Positions 27,399 through 39,460 of a stretch of 64,000 bases of DNA are shown piece after piece; the stretch's first letter is position 1; each line of letters opens with the position of its first letter. The stretch lies in contig SHYK01000001.1 in the NCBI GenBank assembly GCA_009692845.1, positions 438,359-502,358 of the forward strand, in the 5' to 3' direction. The notes under the pieces were generated by a model, which saw nothing but the letters and a program-made list of their open reading frames with translations, ran no database searches and was not told the DNA's origin. A program made the position numbers and the translations under genes. Origin of the DNA: Chloroflexota bacterium (GTDB lineage Bacteria; Chloroflexota; UBA6077; SHYK01).

Positions 27399-27815
27399 AT
27401 GGCGGTGCGATTTGGCCCGCGCATGCAGTTCATTTTGGCGTCACTCGAACGGCATGGGATTAGGATGAGGTCGGTGACAGCAAGCCTGAAAGGCGTTGAC
27501 AGCATGCGCGCGGAGTGGATCAATCGGGTCAGCAGCCTCGGTCTAGTAGTCCTGTCTCTTTCGGCATTGAGTCCAGTGCTCATCGGCGCGCTGCTTGCGC
27601 TGTTCGGCGGGCAAGACCCGTTCCACGAATCGGACGAAGGCACCGGGGCGCATATCTTTCAGCTATCGATCGTGGCGCTGTTTCCGATGACGTTGCTCTT
27701 CTTCGTCACAGCTGATTGGGCGCAGCCCGTACGAAGCGCGCGACGATTGGCGTTTCCCGGCGCCGCTGTGGTTATTGCGTTTGCGCTCCTCTACTACTTT
27801 GAGCAATACACGTGA
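27399..27815 (+). CDS. hypothetical membrane protein
   Basis: ORF track 138 aa. The hydrophobic helices start after M at 27504 (MRAEWINRVSSLGLVVLSL...). The start is uncertain and no family is recognised. Confidence 0.45.
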   Translation: MAVRFGPRMQFILASLERHGIRMRSVTASLKGVDSMRAEWINRVSSLGLVVLSLSALSPVLIGALLALFGGQDPFHESDEGTGAHIFQLSIVALFPMTLLFFVTADWAQPVRSARRLAFPGAAVVIAFALLYYFEQYT

Positions 27816-27918
27816 ACGGCGCTGAAGATCTCCTTCTTGTGCTCACAGTGCATTCATAATTCGCCGCGAGACTCCTGAGTAGGTCGAGGAGGACCTTGGC
27901 CACGAAGGAGAAAACACG

Positions 27919-28275
27919 ATGACTGGTCGAATCGTCGGGAAGTTAGCGTTCTTGGTGGGCATGGTGGTCCTGCTTGGCGGAGCGGGGGGAGTGGCCTACG
28001 AAGCGGGACTTGCTCAGGGTCTCGGCCAGGCTGGCGCGGCGGTCGCACCTGGCGCCGGCTACTGGCCCTATTTCCATCCGTTCGGATTCCTGGGCTTTCT
28101 CGCGCCCCTGTTCTTCCTGTTCCTGATGTTCGGGCTGATCCGGACCGCCTTGTGGGGACACCGGTGGGGAGGCCGTCACGGAGGATGGGCTAGCCATTCG
28201 ACGCTGGAAGACTGGCATCGTCGGATGCATGAGGACCGTCCGGAGGGGGGCTCGGAGCCCATCGCCCGCGTCTAG
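27919..28275 (+). CDS. small membrane protein upstream of the two-component system
   Basis: 118 aa with a strong SD (GAAGGAGAAAACACG-ATG). It has two hydrophobic helices and a His/Arg/Trp-rich tail. Confidence 0.6.
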   Translation: MTGRIVGKLAFLVGMVVLLGGAGGVAYEAGLAQGLGQAGAAVAPGAGYWPYFHPFGFLGFLAPLFFLFLMFGLIRTALWGHRWGGRHGGWASHSTLEDWHRRMHEDRPEGGSEPIARV

Positions 28276-28294
28276 TCCGGCCCAAGCAGTCCAG

Positions 28295-28331
28295 CAAGTT
28301 GGCCCGCCCAGGTCCTGGGCGGGCCAACTTG
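28295..28331. repeat. 37-nt perfect palindrome (18-nt arms)
   Basis: CAAGTTGGCCCGCCCAGG-T-CCTGGGCGGGCCAACTTG lies between the small membrane-protein gene and the response regulator. No U-tract follows on either strand. Confidence 0.85.
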
Positions 28332-28377
28332 CCATGATCCAGAGCGGTGATGACAGAATACGACCGGAGGAACGCAC

Positions 28378-29061
28378 GTGCCGAAACGGATCCTGGTTGT
28401 CGATGACGAGCCCAAAATCGTCGAAATCGTGCGGGACTATCTGGTCCACGCCGGCTTCGACGTCGTGACCGCCGGCTCCGGTGCTTCGGCCCTCTCCGCT
28501 GCTCGCGTCGATCGACCGGACCTAATCGTTCTGGACCTCGGGCTGCCCGACCTCGACGGCTTGGACGTCACCCGAACCCTCCGCAAGCAGTCGGACGTGC
28601 CTATCATCATGCTGACTGCACGGGCGGAAGAGTCCGACAAGCTCATCGGGCTAGAGTTGGGCGCCGACGACTACCTCACTAAGCCGTTCAGCCCCAAAGA
28701 GCTGGTGGCCCGGGTGCGAGCCCTCTTTCGCCGAATCGACGGGGCCGCCTCTGGCGCCCGAGTGCTGCGGGTAGCCGACGTCGATTTGGATCTGGACCGT
28801 ATGGCCACCGAGGTGGGTGGTCGCCGGATCGAGCTCACCGCCACCGAGTTTCAGCTGCTGGCGGAGCTCGTCCGGCAGCACGGGCGGATCTTCACCCGCG
28901 GTCAGCTGCTCAATGCGGTGCGAGGGGTTGCCTTCGAGTCTTACGAGCGAGCCATCGACGCGCACATCAAGAACATTCGGCGCAAGATCGAGCCGGACCC
29001 GCGTGAGCCGCGATACATCCAAACCGTGTATGGCGTCGGCTACAAGTTTGCTGAACCATGA
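28378..29061 (+). CDS. OmpR-family response regulator
   Basis: 227 aa. Receiver-domain motifs are ILVVDDE, DLIVLDLGLPDLDG and ADDYLTKPF. The winged-helix C-terminus ends YIQTVYGVGYKF. The SD is GGAGG plus 7 nt plus GTG. Confidence 0.95.
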   Translation: MPKRILVVDDEPKIVEIVRDYLVHAGFDVVTAGSGASALSAARVDRPDLIVLDLGLPDLDGLDVTRTLRKQSDVPIIMLTARAEESDKLIGLELGADDYLTKPFSPKELVARVRALFRRIDGAASGARVLRVADVDLDLDRMATEVGGRRIELTATEFQLLAELVRQHGRIFTRGQLLNAVRGVAFESYERAIDAHIKNIRRKIEPDPREPRYIQTVYGVGYKFAEP

Positions 29062-30182
29062 ACCGAGGCTGGCCCGGCCCGCGTAATCGGCCGCACTGGT
29101 GGCCGTCCGACGAACCGTGGCCCCCGAATGGGCCCCCGGGCAGAGGGTGGCAGGGCCGTCCTCCCCTGCATTTCATGTGGCGAGTGGGGCTGGCCCTCCT
29201 CCTCTTTCCGCTGCTCCTGTTTACCGCTTTCGCAATCATCTTCTGGTTGGCGGCAGCGGCTATCGGGGCCATCGACGTACCCCGGAGCGCCTTTGTCTGG
29301 GTGATCCCGCTGGGGATTCTCGCGCTGGTGTTCGGATTTGCCAGCATCGTTCGGCTAGCCCGGTCGTTGCGGGTCTCCGCGGCGCCCATCACGGAGCTGC
29401 TGGGCGCTGCGGAAAAGGTGGCCAATGGGGATTTATCGGCGCGAGTGTCCGAAGCGGGACCGCGAGAATTGCGCCAGCTAGCCCATGCCTTCAACCTGAT
29501 GTCAGCCCGCCTCGAGGCAACGGACCAGCAGCGGCGGGACTTCCTGGCCGACGTGACCCATGAGCTACGGACTCCGCTCACCGTGGTAACCGGCAACCTC
29601 GAGGGGATGCTCGATGGTGTCTACGCGGCGGACCTGCAGCGGCTGAACGCGACTCTCGAAGAAACTCGGCTGCTGGCGACGCTCGTCGAAGACCTGCGGA
29701 CGCTCGCTTTGGCTGAGACCGGCTCGCTGCCGCTCCAGATAGAACCGATCGATATGGCGGTACTGGCGGCGGAAACGGTCGTTCAGTTTCGGCGGCAGGC
29801 TGAGGACCGCGGGGTGACCCTCGAGTCCGAGGCAACACCAGGGTTGGGAACGGTAGAGGTCGATCCGGTTTGCATCCGACAGGTCCTGGAAAACCTGATC
29901 GCCAATGCGCTGAACTACTCTAAGGCCGGCGACTCGGTGCGGGTGCGCTGCGCAGCCAACCCGGCTGGGCCAGGAATCCAGCTAGTGGTGAAGGACAGCG
30001 GCATAGGAATTGCACCGGAGGATCTACCCAGGGTCTTCGATCGCTTCTGGAAAGGGTCCCGTTCCACCGGTAGCGGGCTGGGCCTGGCGATCGTGAGGGA
30101 TCTGGTGAACGCGCATGGGGGTACGGTCGCGATTACCAGCCTATCTGGGCAGGGTACTGAAGTTGCGGTGACCTTGCCCTGA
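29058..30182 (+). CDS. sensor histidine kinase (TM-HAMP-HisKA-HATPase)
   Basis: 374 aa. The H-box is FLADVTHELRTPL, the N-box ENLIANALNYS, and the G-boxes are DSGIGI and GSGLGLAIV. It overlaps the response-regulator stop by 4 nt. Confidence 0.9.
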   Translation: MNRGWPGPRNRPHWWPSDEPWPPNGPPGRGWQGRPPLHFMWRVGLALLLFPLLLFTAFAIIFWLAAAAIGAIDVPRSAFVWVIPLGILALVFGFASIVRLARSLRVSAAPITELLGAAEKVANGDLSARVSEAGPRELRQLAHAFNLMSARLEATDQQRRDFLADVTHELRTPLTVVTGNLEGMLDGVYAADLQRLNATLEETRLLATLVEDLRTLALAETGSLPLQIEPIDMAVLAAETVVQFRRQAEDRGVTLESEATPGLGTVEVDPVCIRQVLENLIANALNYSKAGDSVRVRCAANPAGPGIQLVVKDSGIGIAPEDLPRVFDRFWKGSRSTGSGLGLAIVRDLVNAHGGTVAITSLSGQGTEVAVTLP

Positions 30183-30240
30183 TCGCCTTAGGCCCTAGTG
30201 AGCGACAAGGTGGGAATTTCGCTCGAAGGGTGCTGCCTGG

Positions 30241-30564
30241 CTAGGCGCAGCTACCGCACTCGCAGGAGCCGGTCTCCTGGTTGGGATTTCGGATTGCGAA
30301 CGATCCACCCATTGCTTCGTCGGTGTAGTCGATCTCCACTCCCTCGAGATAGGGAGCGGATTCCGCATCGATCACGAAGCGAATGCCACTGACCTCGAGC
30401 AGGCTATCGCCATCCGACCGCTCGGCGCTGAGCCCCATGCCGTAGTGGGCGGCGCCGCAGCCGCAGGTTCCCTGGACGAAAACGTGGACGGAGTCGTCGG
30501 GATCGGCGTTCGCCTCGACAAAGCGGATTATTTCACTCGCTGCACGCTCGCTGACATTGATCAT
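30241..30564 (-). CDS. HesB/IscA-family iron-sulfur cluster insertion protein
   Basis: 107 aa. INVSERAASEI, VQGTCGCG and the C-terminal CECGSC are seen. The SD AAGGAG lies 8 nt upstream. Confidence 0.8.
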   Translation of the reverse strand: MINVSERAASEIIRFVEANADPDDSVHVFVQGTCGCGAAHYGMGLSAERSDGDSLLEVSGIRFVIDAESAPYLEGVEIDYTDEAMGGSFAIRNPNQETGSCECGSCA

Positions 30565-30774
30565 GGCTCAGGCTCCTTGGTTGGATTGAGGTTGAGATCT
30601 GAACGGAGTTGTGTCACCCATGGTGAACGAATGATTCATCCTATCGCAATCGCGGTGGGTGGTGCACCGTAGGCGTCCCCTAGCGCCTGGGCCTGGGCCG
30701 ACGGGTAGAGACTCGGAAGGGGCCGTCCCTGACGGGTCGGCAGCAGGAGCCTGTTGCTGCCCTCCCGGGGCCTA

Positions 30775-30782
30775 TGTAGAAT
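30775..30782 (+). promoter_or_regulatory. extended -10 promoter element TGTAGAAT upstream of pdxS
   Basis: TG-T-AGAAT lies 25 nt upstream of the pdxS ATG. Confidence 0.4.
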
Positions 30783-30806
30783 GGCTTAGGCTTCCTTCGT
30801 GAACGA

Positions 30807-31703
30807 ATGAGGGTGGAAAACTTGGAACGTGGGACTCTAACGGTCAAGGTCGGCCATGCCGAGATGCTCAAGGGCGGCGTGATCATGGATGTGATCAACG
30901 CTGACCAGGCCCGAATCGCCGAAGACGCCGGCGCCTGTGCCGTCATGGCGCTCGAGCGCGTTCCGTCTGACATTCGAGCCCAGGGCGGGGTGGCTCGTAT
31001 GACGGACCCGCAAATCATTCGGGACATTATGGACGCGGTCACGATCCCGGTAATGGCGAAATGCCGAATTGGCCACTTTGTAGAGGCGCAGATCCTCCAA
31101 GAATTGGGAGTGGACTACGTTGATGAGAGCGAAGTGCTCACCCCGGCCGACGACCGGTATCACATCGACAAGCGCAAATTTACGGTGCCATTCGTTTGCG
31201 GGGCCCGCGATCTCGGCGAGGCGCTGCGGCGAATAGCCGAGGGTGCTGCGATGATCCGGACCAAGGGTGAGGCGGGCAGCGGCAATATCGTTGAGGCTAC
31301 CCGGCACGTACGAACCGTGCTCGGCTCGATTCGCCGCCTGCACGGGCTTGGCGATGAAGAGCTGGTCGCCGAAGCAAAAGAGCTAGGCGCTCCATTCGAA
31401 CTGGTCCGAGAGGTAGCCAAAGCCGGAAAGCTTCCGGTGGTCAACTTCGCCGCTGGTGGCGTGGCAACGCCCGCCGACGCTGCGCTCATGATGCAGCTCG
31501 GATCCGAGGGAGTCTTCGTCGGCTCGGGCGTCTTCAAGTCGGAGGACCCCGAAGCTAGGGCGCGGGCCATCGTGCGCGCGGTGACCTTCTTTCAGGACCC
31601 TGAGGTGCTGCTCGAAGTTTCCCGCGGGCTCGGCGAGCCCATGCGGGGGATTGACCTGGCCACGCTCCGGCCCGAGGAAGTTCTTTCCACCCGAGGGTGG
31701 TAG
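30807..31703 (+). CDS. pdxS: pyridoxal 5'-phosphate synthase lyase subunit
   Basis: 298 aa. [35 protein letters not shown] and [15 protein letters not shown] are highly diagnostic of PdxS. Confidence 0.95.
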   Translation: MRVENLERGTLTVKVGHAEMLKGGVIMDVINADQARIAEDAGACAVMALERVPSDIRAQGGVARMTDPQIIRDIMDAVTIPVMAKCRIGHFVEAQILQELGVDYVDESEVLTPADDRYHIDKRKFTVPFVCGARDLGEALRRIAEGAAMIRTKGEAGSGNIVEATRHVRTVLGSIRRLHGLGDEELVAEAKELGAPFELVREVAKAGKLPVVNFAAGGVATPADAALMMQLGSEGVFVGSGVFKSEDPEARARAIVRAVTFFQDPEVLLEVSRGLGEPMRGIDLATLRPEEVLSTRGW

Positions 31704-31707
31704 CTCC

Positions 31708-32307
31708 GTGCGGATCGGCGTCCTGGCCCTCCAAGGCGCGTTTCGCGAACATATCGACCAACTTGCGCGGCTTAGCGTGGATGCTGTCGAAGTCCGCCTG
31801 CCCAAACACCTGGCTGGTGTCGACGCTCTCGTGATCCCAGGTGGGGAAAGCACCACGATCCGCAAGCTGATGACGGATTACAAATTGATCGGCCCCATCG
31901 GGTCTGCAATCAAGGGAGGCCTTCCTGTCCTGGGTACCTGCGCCGGCATGATCGTCTGCGCGAAGCGCGTCGATGGTGAGGAGGTACCCGGGATCGGTGG
32001 TTTGGACGTGGAACTGCGACGAAATGCCTTCGGTCGTCAGGTCGACAGCTTTGAAGCTGATGTCGACGTGCCTATCTTGGGGACACAGCCCTTCCATGGG
32101 GTCTTTATTCGCGCTCCGGTCGTGGAATCGGTTCAGCCGGAGGTCAAGATACTCGCCCAATTGAAAGATGGTCGAATTGTCGCGGTCCGCCAGGGAGCGG
32201 TGGTGGGTATCGCCTTTCACCCCGAGCTCACGGACGATGACCGTTTCCATCGCTATTTTCTGAAGTTGGTGAAAGAGGCCCACCCCGTGACGTCGGCCGC
32301 CTGGTGA
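31708..32307 (+). CDS. pdxT: pyridoxal 5'-phosphate synthase glutaminase subunit
   Basis: The frame is ORF 31651..32307. GTG 31708 gives VRIGVLALQGAFREH. GTCAGMI is the catalytic Cys motif, and FHPELT is also present. Confidence 0.9.
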   Translation: MRIGVLALQGAFREHIDQLARLSVDAVEVRLPKHLAGVDALVIPGGESTTIRKLMTDYKLIGPIGSAIKGGLPVLGTCAGMIVCAKRVDGEEVPGIGGLDVELRRNAFGRQVDSFEADVDVPILGTQPFHGVFIRAPVVESVQPEVKILAQLKDGRIVAVRQGAVVGIAFHPELTDDDRFHRYFLKLVKEAHPVTSAAW

Positions 32308-32314
32308 CCTTCCA

Positions 32315-33271
32315 GTGATCCGGGCTATGCGAGCCACCGACGCGTTGGCCGTACGGTCGCTGATCCAGGGCAACGGCCCGGCTGCCGAGCTTACTGCCCC
32401 GAATTGGCCAAAAACCCCTCCGGAAAGCCAGGGAGCCAGTCCCTTCGAGCTGGTGAAATGGAGCCTCATACCTCGCGGCGGGGTAGTCGGAATCGCGACT
32501 ACCGGCTCGGCGACCGTGGGGCTAGCTACGGCACGGCCTCGGGCATCAGGCCTGGTTTGGGACGTCGAGCACCTGCTGACGACTCGGCTGCCTGAGACAA
32601 GCGTGGAATTGCTGCGTTGGACGTGCGAGCGCGCGGTTGAGGCCGGAGCGCGCCGCTTGTTCCTGGAGACGGCGGAGGAGGGCGGGGGGTACGAAGCCGC
32701 GAGCCGGTCCGGATTTGACCAGTGCACCCGAGGCAGCGTGTACGTGCTCGGGCAGGGATTCGCGGTCGATCGAACCGAAGCGGTGCCGGCCCGACCCCGG
32801 CTGCGGTCGGACGAGGCCGGGCTGTTTCAACTGTACAACGCGGCCGTGCCCGCTCCGGTGCGAGCCGCCGAAGCACTCGACAACCGGGAATGGTCGGCGC
32901 TCTATCGAGGGGGAAAGCTTTGGTCGCCGTCTTTGTTCGGAGCCCAGGATTACGTTTGGGAGCTGGGCTCTCGACCGGTCGGCTGGATGCACGTGGTCTT
33001 CGGGGAGAGAGCCCAATACCTGACGCTGCTCGTCCATCCGCAATCTGATTCGCTGACTGAGCGAATGATGCGGGACGCGCTGGGCCAGGTGAGCGCGAAG
33101 GCGCCGGTGCTGATTGACGCGCGCGAGTACCAGACCTCCTTACAGGACGCGGTTCAGGAGCTGGGTTTCGAAAGGGCGCACGACTATGTAGTGTGGGTGA
33201 GGCAGCTCGCCCAGCGAGTCGTCGAGCCCGCGGTGGCGGCGGTACGGGCCCAACCGAGCTCGCTCGCTTGA
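32315..33271 (+). CDS. hypothetical protein, possibly a two-module GNAT-like acetyltransferase
   Basis: 318 aa. IRAMRATDALAV...RRLFLETAEEGGGYEAASRSGFD and a second LRSDEAGLFQLYN...AVQELGFE segment loosely resemble tandem GNAT folds. The assignment is weak. Confidence 0.45.
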   Translation: MIRAMRATDALAVRSLIQGNGPAAELTAPNWPKTPPESQGASPFELVKWSLIPRGGVVGIATTGSATVGLATARPRASGLVWDVEHLLTTRLPETSVELLRWTCERAVEAGARRLFLETAEEGGGYEAASRSGFDQCTRGSVYVLGQGFAVDRTEAVPARPRLRSDEAGLFQLYNAAVPAPVRAAEALDNREWSALYRGGKLWSPSLFGAQDYVWELGSRPVGWMHVVFGERAQYLTLLVHPQSDSLTERMMRDALGQVSAKAPVLIDAREYQTSLQDAVQELGFERAHDYVVWVRQLAQRVVEPAVAAVRAQPSSLA

Positions 33272-33334
33272 CCCTCGCCGGCCACCTCAGGGACCAAGAA
33301 TCAAAGAAGCAACAAGCCGGGCATCGGAGGGGAA

Positions 33335-35068
33335 ATGGCGTTGGCTGAGCGGCGAGGCGAGGAGGTCATCGTGGACGATCTCACCGTGCTGCTGGAGGAC
33401 TTGCCTCCTCGGATTCGAGATTCGCTACTCCGCCAGCCCCGGGGGACCGACCTTCTTGAGGTTGTCTTGGATCTCGGTCGGGAGCCGGAGGCCCGTTACC
33501 CTGGTAGCGAGCTGGTGCTCAGTGAAGAGCCGGTCGGAGATGAGGACCTGCAGTACGTGGTCACGCATGTCGGGAGCTTCGGCGATGACAACCGGGCCGG
33601 GATCGAGCGGACGCTCCATCGGATCTCGGCCATCCGCAATCGGGCTGGCCGGATAGTCGGGCTGACCGTTCGGGTCGGTCGGGCGGTATTCGGAACCGTT
33701 GCCATCATTCGGGATATCGTCGAAAGCGGACGGAGTATTTTGCTGCTGGGCCGGCCCGGGGTTGGCAAGACCACCATGCTCCGGGAGACGGCTCGCGTCC
33801 TGGCCGATGACCTGGGTAAGCGCGTCATCGTCGTGGACACGTCGAACGAAATCGCCGGAGATGGCGATATCCCGCATCCGGCCATTGGCAAAGCCCGCCG
33901 GATGCAGGTGCGCAGCCCCAGCTTCCAGCACCACGTCATGATCGAAGCCGTCGAGAATCACATGCCCGAGGTGATCGTGATCGACGAAATTGGCACCGAG
34001 CTCGAAGCGGCGGCCGCTCGGACCATCGCCGAACGAGGGGTCCAGTTGGTGGCGACCGCCCATGGCAATACCCTAGAGAATCTGATCATGAATCCGACCC
34101 TGGCCGATCTCATCGGGGGCATTCAAACCGTCACGCTGGGGGATGAGGAAGCTCGCCGGCGGGGTACTCAAAAATCGGTGCTGGAGCGCAAGGCGCCGCC
34201 AACCTTTGACGTACTCGTCGAAATCCAGGATTGGGAACGGGTCGCAGTGCACGAGAACGTGGCCCAGGTGGTCGACGCTATCCTGCGCGGGGAGCCCGTG
34301 TCGCCGACGCTTCGCTATCGAGACGATGATGGAGAAATTCGGGTTACCCGCGGTGAGCCGCAGCGTTTTTCGTCCGTGCCATCGAATAGGGACCGTCCTC
34401 AGCCCCACCGGGGCGACACGAGTCGACGGAATGATTCGTGGAGCTTCGGCGGAGAATCGGACGCGTTCACTCCGCGGGCCACCGAGATCGAGCTGCCTGA
34501 AGCACCCTGGCCGCCGACCCCCGGGCCGTCGGCACCCCGGCTGTCGGCACCCCGGTCGCCGGCACCGGGGTCGCCGGCACCCGGGTCGACTGAAGAACGC
34601 CGTCGCCCAGTGCGGGTTTACGCCTATGGGGTCAACCGTACCCGTCTGGAGCACGCGATCCGCCAGCAGCGGGCCCCTGCCATGGTCGTGCTCGACGTGG
34701 ATCAAGCGGACGTCGTGATGACGGTCAAGAACTACTACCGTCGCAAACCGCAGCCGTTGCTGGACGCTGAGGCGCGGGGGATCCCGGTGTACGTCCTGCG
34801 GAGCAACACCGGAGCCCAGATCGACGAGGGCATAACCAAGCTCGGTCGGACGCCGCGATCCGAAATGAACACCGAGGCCATACAAGAAGCGGAAGATGCG
34901 ATTCATCGCGTACTCAACCGCGACGATCCTTCGGTCGAGTTGACCCCCCAAAACTCGTATCTACGCCGTCTGCAACATCAAATGGCCGATCGGTACAACG
35001 TGGGGTCACGCAGCGTCGGTCAGGAGCCCCATCGGAGGGTTACGATCCTTCCCGTGGATCGGTCCTAG
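33335..35068 (+). CDS. R3H-domain AAA-type ATPase (Ycf45/SpoIIIAA-like)
   Basis: 577 aa. The Walker A is [11 protein letters not shown] and the Walker B is [19 protein letters not shown] is also seen, and the C-terminal R3H-like segment is [36 protein letters not shown]. Confidence 0.75.
   Translation: MALAERRGEEVIVDDLTVLLEDLPPRIRDSLLRQPRGTDLLEVVLDLGREPEARYPGSELVLSEEPVGDEDLQYVVTHVGSFGDDNRAGIERTLHRISAIRNRAGRIVGLTVRVGRAVFGTVAIIRDIVESGRSILLLGRPGVGKTTMLRETARVLADDLGKRVIVVDTSNEIAGDGDIPHPAIGKARRMQVRSPSFQHHVMIEAVENHMPEVIVIDEIGTELEAAAARTIAERGVQLVATAHGNTLENLIMNPTLADLIGGIQTVTLGDEEARRRGTQKSVLERKAPPTFDVLVEIQDWERVAVHENVAQVVDAILRGEPVSPTLRYRDDDGEIRVTRGEPQRFSSVPSNRDRPQPHRGDTSRRNDSWSFGGESDAFTPRATEIELPEAPWPPTPGPSAPRLSAPRSPAPGSPAPGSTEERRRPVRVYAYGVNRTRLEHAIRQQRAPAMVVLDVDQADVVMTVKNYYRRKPQPLLDAEARGIPVYVLRSNTGAQIDEGITKLGRTPRSEMNTEAIQEAEDAIHRVLNRDDPSVELTPQNSYLRRLQHQMADRYNVGSRSVGQEPHRRVTILPVDRS
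34528..34588 (+). repeat. short tandem repeat (about 15 nt units) in the ATPase linker
   Basis: GTCGGCACCCCGGCT / GTCGGCACCCCG / GTCGCCGGCACCGGG / GTCGCCGGCACCCGG encode [20 protein letters not shown]. Confidence 0.6.
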
Positions 35069-35138
35069 CGGACGGCACAGTGCGAATTTCATTCTGGCAA
35101 GACTCTCCTCTTGCTGCCAGGCGTTAGGTGCTCAGCCA

Positions 35139-35834
35139 ATGTTCGTGAGTCTCGAGGGCCCGGACGGCGCCGGCAAGACCACGCAGGCCCAGCTCCTGGT
35201 GGCGAAGCTCGAAGCATCGGATCGGCGCGCGATATTGGTCCACGAGCCGGGCGGAACGGATCTTGGAGTCCACGTGCGCGCGTTGCTCGTCGGGCGTACC
35301 TGGACCGCGATCGATCCCTGGGCGGAAGCATTGCTATTCTCGGCATGTCGGGCGCAACTTGTGCGTGAAGTCATTCGGCCCGCGCTCGAGCAAGGATTGC
35401 TGGTCATTGCTGACCGATTCGCCGACTCAACCCTTGCCTATCAGGGGGCCGGCCGGGGATTGAGTCGCTCCCCGCTTCAGACCTTGATTGAGATCGCTAC
35501 TGGCGGCCTTCAACCGGACCTTACGGTTTTGCTCGACCTACCTGCCGAGGTCGGATTGGCCCGAAATCTGGGCCCGGCCGGCGGCCAGGATGTTGCCGGT
35601 CAAATGGCTTTTTTCGAAGAGCTACAGCTTGCCCAGGACTGGAATCGGTTCGAGGATGAGGCAGTCGCCTTTCATGGGCGGGTGCAACAAGCCTACCGCG
35701 AGATGGCCGCCTGCGATCCTGCTCGATGGGTTGTCGTCGATGCGACGAAAGGCCGCGACATTGTCGCGGCCGAAGTCTGGTCTGTGGTCCAAGCGCGTCT
35801 CCCGAAACCCTCCCCCTCGGACGGGGGAGGGTAG
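35139..35834 (+). CDS. tmk: dTMP kinase
   Basis: 231 aa. MFVSLEGPDGAGKTTQ is the P-loop, and DRFADSTLAYQG is also present. Confidence 0.9.
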   Translation: MFVSLEGPDGAGKTTQAQLLVAKLEASDRRAILVHEPGGTDLGVHVRALLVGRTWTAIDPWAEALLFSACRAQLVREVIRPALEQGLLVIADRFADSTLAYQGAGRGLSRSPLQTLIEIATGGLQPDLTVLLDLPAEVGLARNLGPAGGQDVAGQMAFFEELQLAQDWNRFEDEAVAFHGRVQQAYREMAACDPARWVVVDATKGRDIVAAEVWSVVQARLPKPSPSDGGG

Positions 35835-35964
35835 GGCGGGGGTGCCGCCTTCTGAGCGGATCATTCTGGAAGCGTTCGGTTGACACCGAGGCGACAGGGG
35901 AAGGCGGGCACTCGCTGCCTCGATGCTACAATCGGCCCCAGTTGGGTTCGAGCCGGGGGCAACG

Positions 35965-38342
<2,378 letters not shown>

Positions 38343-38508
38343 TCCCGCCTGATCCCGCGCCTACATCTCGGTTCGCCTCGCCTCATTCTTCACCTGGGCT
38401 GCTGTTAAGCGCGGTTAAGGCGCTTGCCCGATCAGCTGGTCAGCGGCCCTCCGGGGGTTCGGGGGCGGTAGCCCCCGAGTTAAATGGGCGGGAGGGCGGG
38501 CCTTCCTC

Positions 38509-39447
38509 TTGAGAATCCTGGTAACTGGTGGGGCCGGCTTCATTGCCTCGCATGTGGCGGATGCCTTTGTGGCCGCCGGCCACGAAGTCTGGGTGGTGGA
38601 CAACCTGTCCACCGGCCGCCGGGAAAACGTGCCAGCCGGCGCGCGCTTCTCAGAGCTCGATCTCCTCGATCCGAAGCTAATCGAGTTGGTAGCCGAGTTT
38701 CGGCCGGATTGCATCGACCATCATGCCGCTCATGCGGACGTGTTTGAGTCGGTGAAGGATCCGGTGAACGATGCTCGGGTCAATGTTCTGGGCACCGTCG
38801 CGCTGCTCCATGCCGCCGCCCAGGCGAGCGTTGGGAAATTCATCTTCATCTCGAGCGGCGGGGCGATCTACGGTGAGCCCGAACAATTCCCCTGCAATGA
38901 GGAGCACCCGGCTCGGCCCATCTCGCCCTATGCAGCTGCCAAGCTCGCCGGCGAAAATTACCTCCATACTTTTGGACGCGTCCACGGGTTGGACTACACG
39001 GTGCTGCGTTACCCGAACATTTACGGACCGCGACAGCATCCCTACACGGAAGAGGGGCAGGTCGTCCCCCTGTTTGCGCGGCTGATGTTGGCCGGTCGTC
39101 AGCCCACCATCTTTGGCGATGGGGAGCAAGCCCGCGACTTTCTGTACGTGGGGGATGTTGTCAGGGCGAATGAACTAGCGTTGGAACGTGGCGCTGGCCA
39201 GGTGCTCAACCTGGGGACCGGTGAGGCGATTACCATCAACTCGCTCTATCGCTCTCTGCAGGTATTGACCGGCTACGAGGCGCCACCTCGCTACGGCCCA
39301 GGCCGGGCCGGCGAGGTCTACCGCATTGCCCTCGATGCGTCACGGGCCGGGCAGGAGCTCGGATGGCGCCCACAGACGTCCTTTGACGACGGTCTCCGCG
39401 CAACCGTTGAGTGGGTCCGCGCCAATCCGGTGATCGCTAGCTCATGA
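38509..39447 (+). CDS. NAD-dependent epimerase/dehydratase (UDP-glucose 4-epimerase-like SDR)
   Basis: 312 aa. ILVTGGAGFIASH is the Rossmann motif, and PYAAAK is the YxxxK catalytic motif. Confidence 0.88.
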   Translation: MRILVTGGAGFIASHVADAFVAAGHEVWVVDNLSTGRRENVPAGARFSELDLLDPKLIELVAEFRPDCIDHHAAHADVFESVKDPVNDARVNVLGTVALLHAAAQASVGKFIFISSGGAIYGEPEQFPCNEEHPARPISPYAAAKLAGENYLHTFGRVHGLDYTVLRYPNIYGPRQHPYTEEGQVVPLFARLMLAGRQPTIFGDGEQARDFLYVGDVVRANELALERGAGQVLNLGTGEAITINSLYRSLQVLTGYEAPPRYGPGRAGEVYRIALDASRAGQELGWRPQTSFDDGLRATVEWVRANPVIASS

Positions 39448-39460
39448 TCGACCCGCACTC

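Noticed and set aside
38463-38485. A GC hairpin CGGGGGC-GGTA-GCCCCCG in the pyrG/epimerase intergenic region, considered as a terminator or riboswitch part.
   Set aside because: It has no U-tract and I recognise no conserved riboswitch motif. It remains an unassigned structure only.
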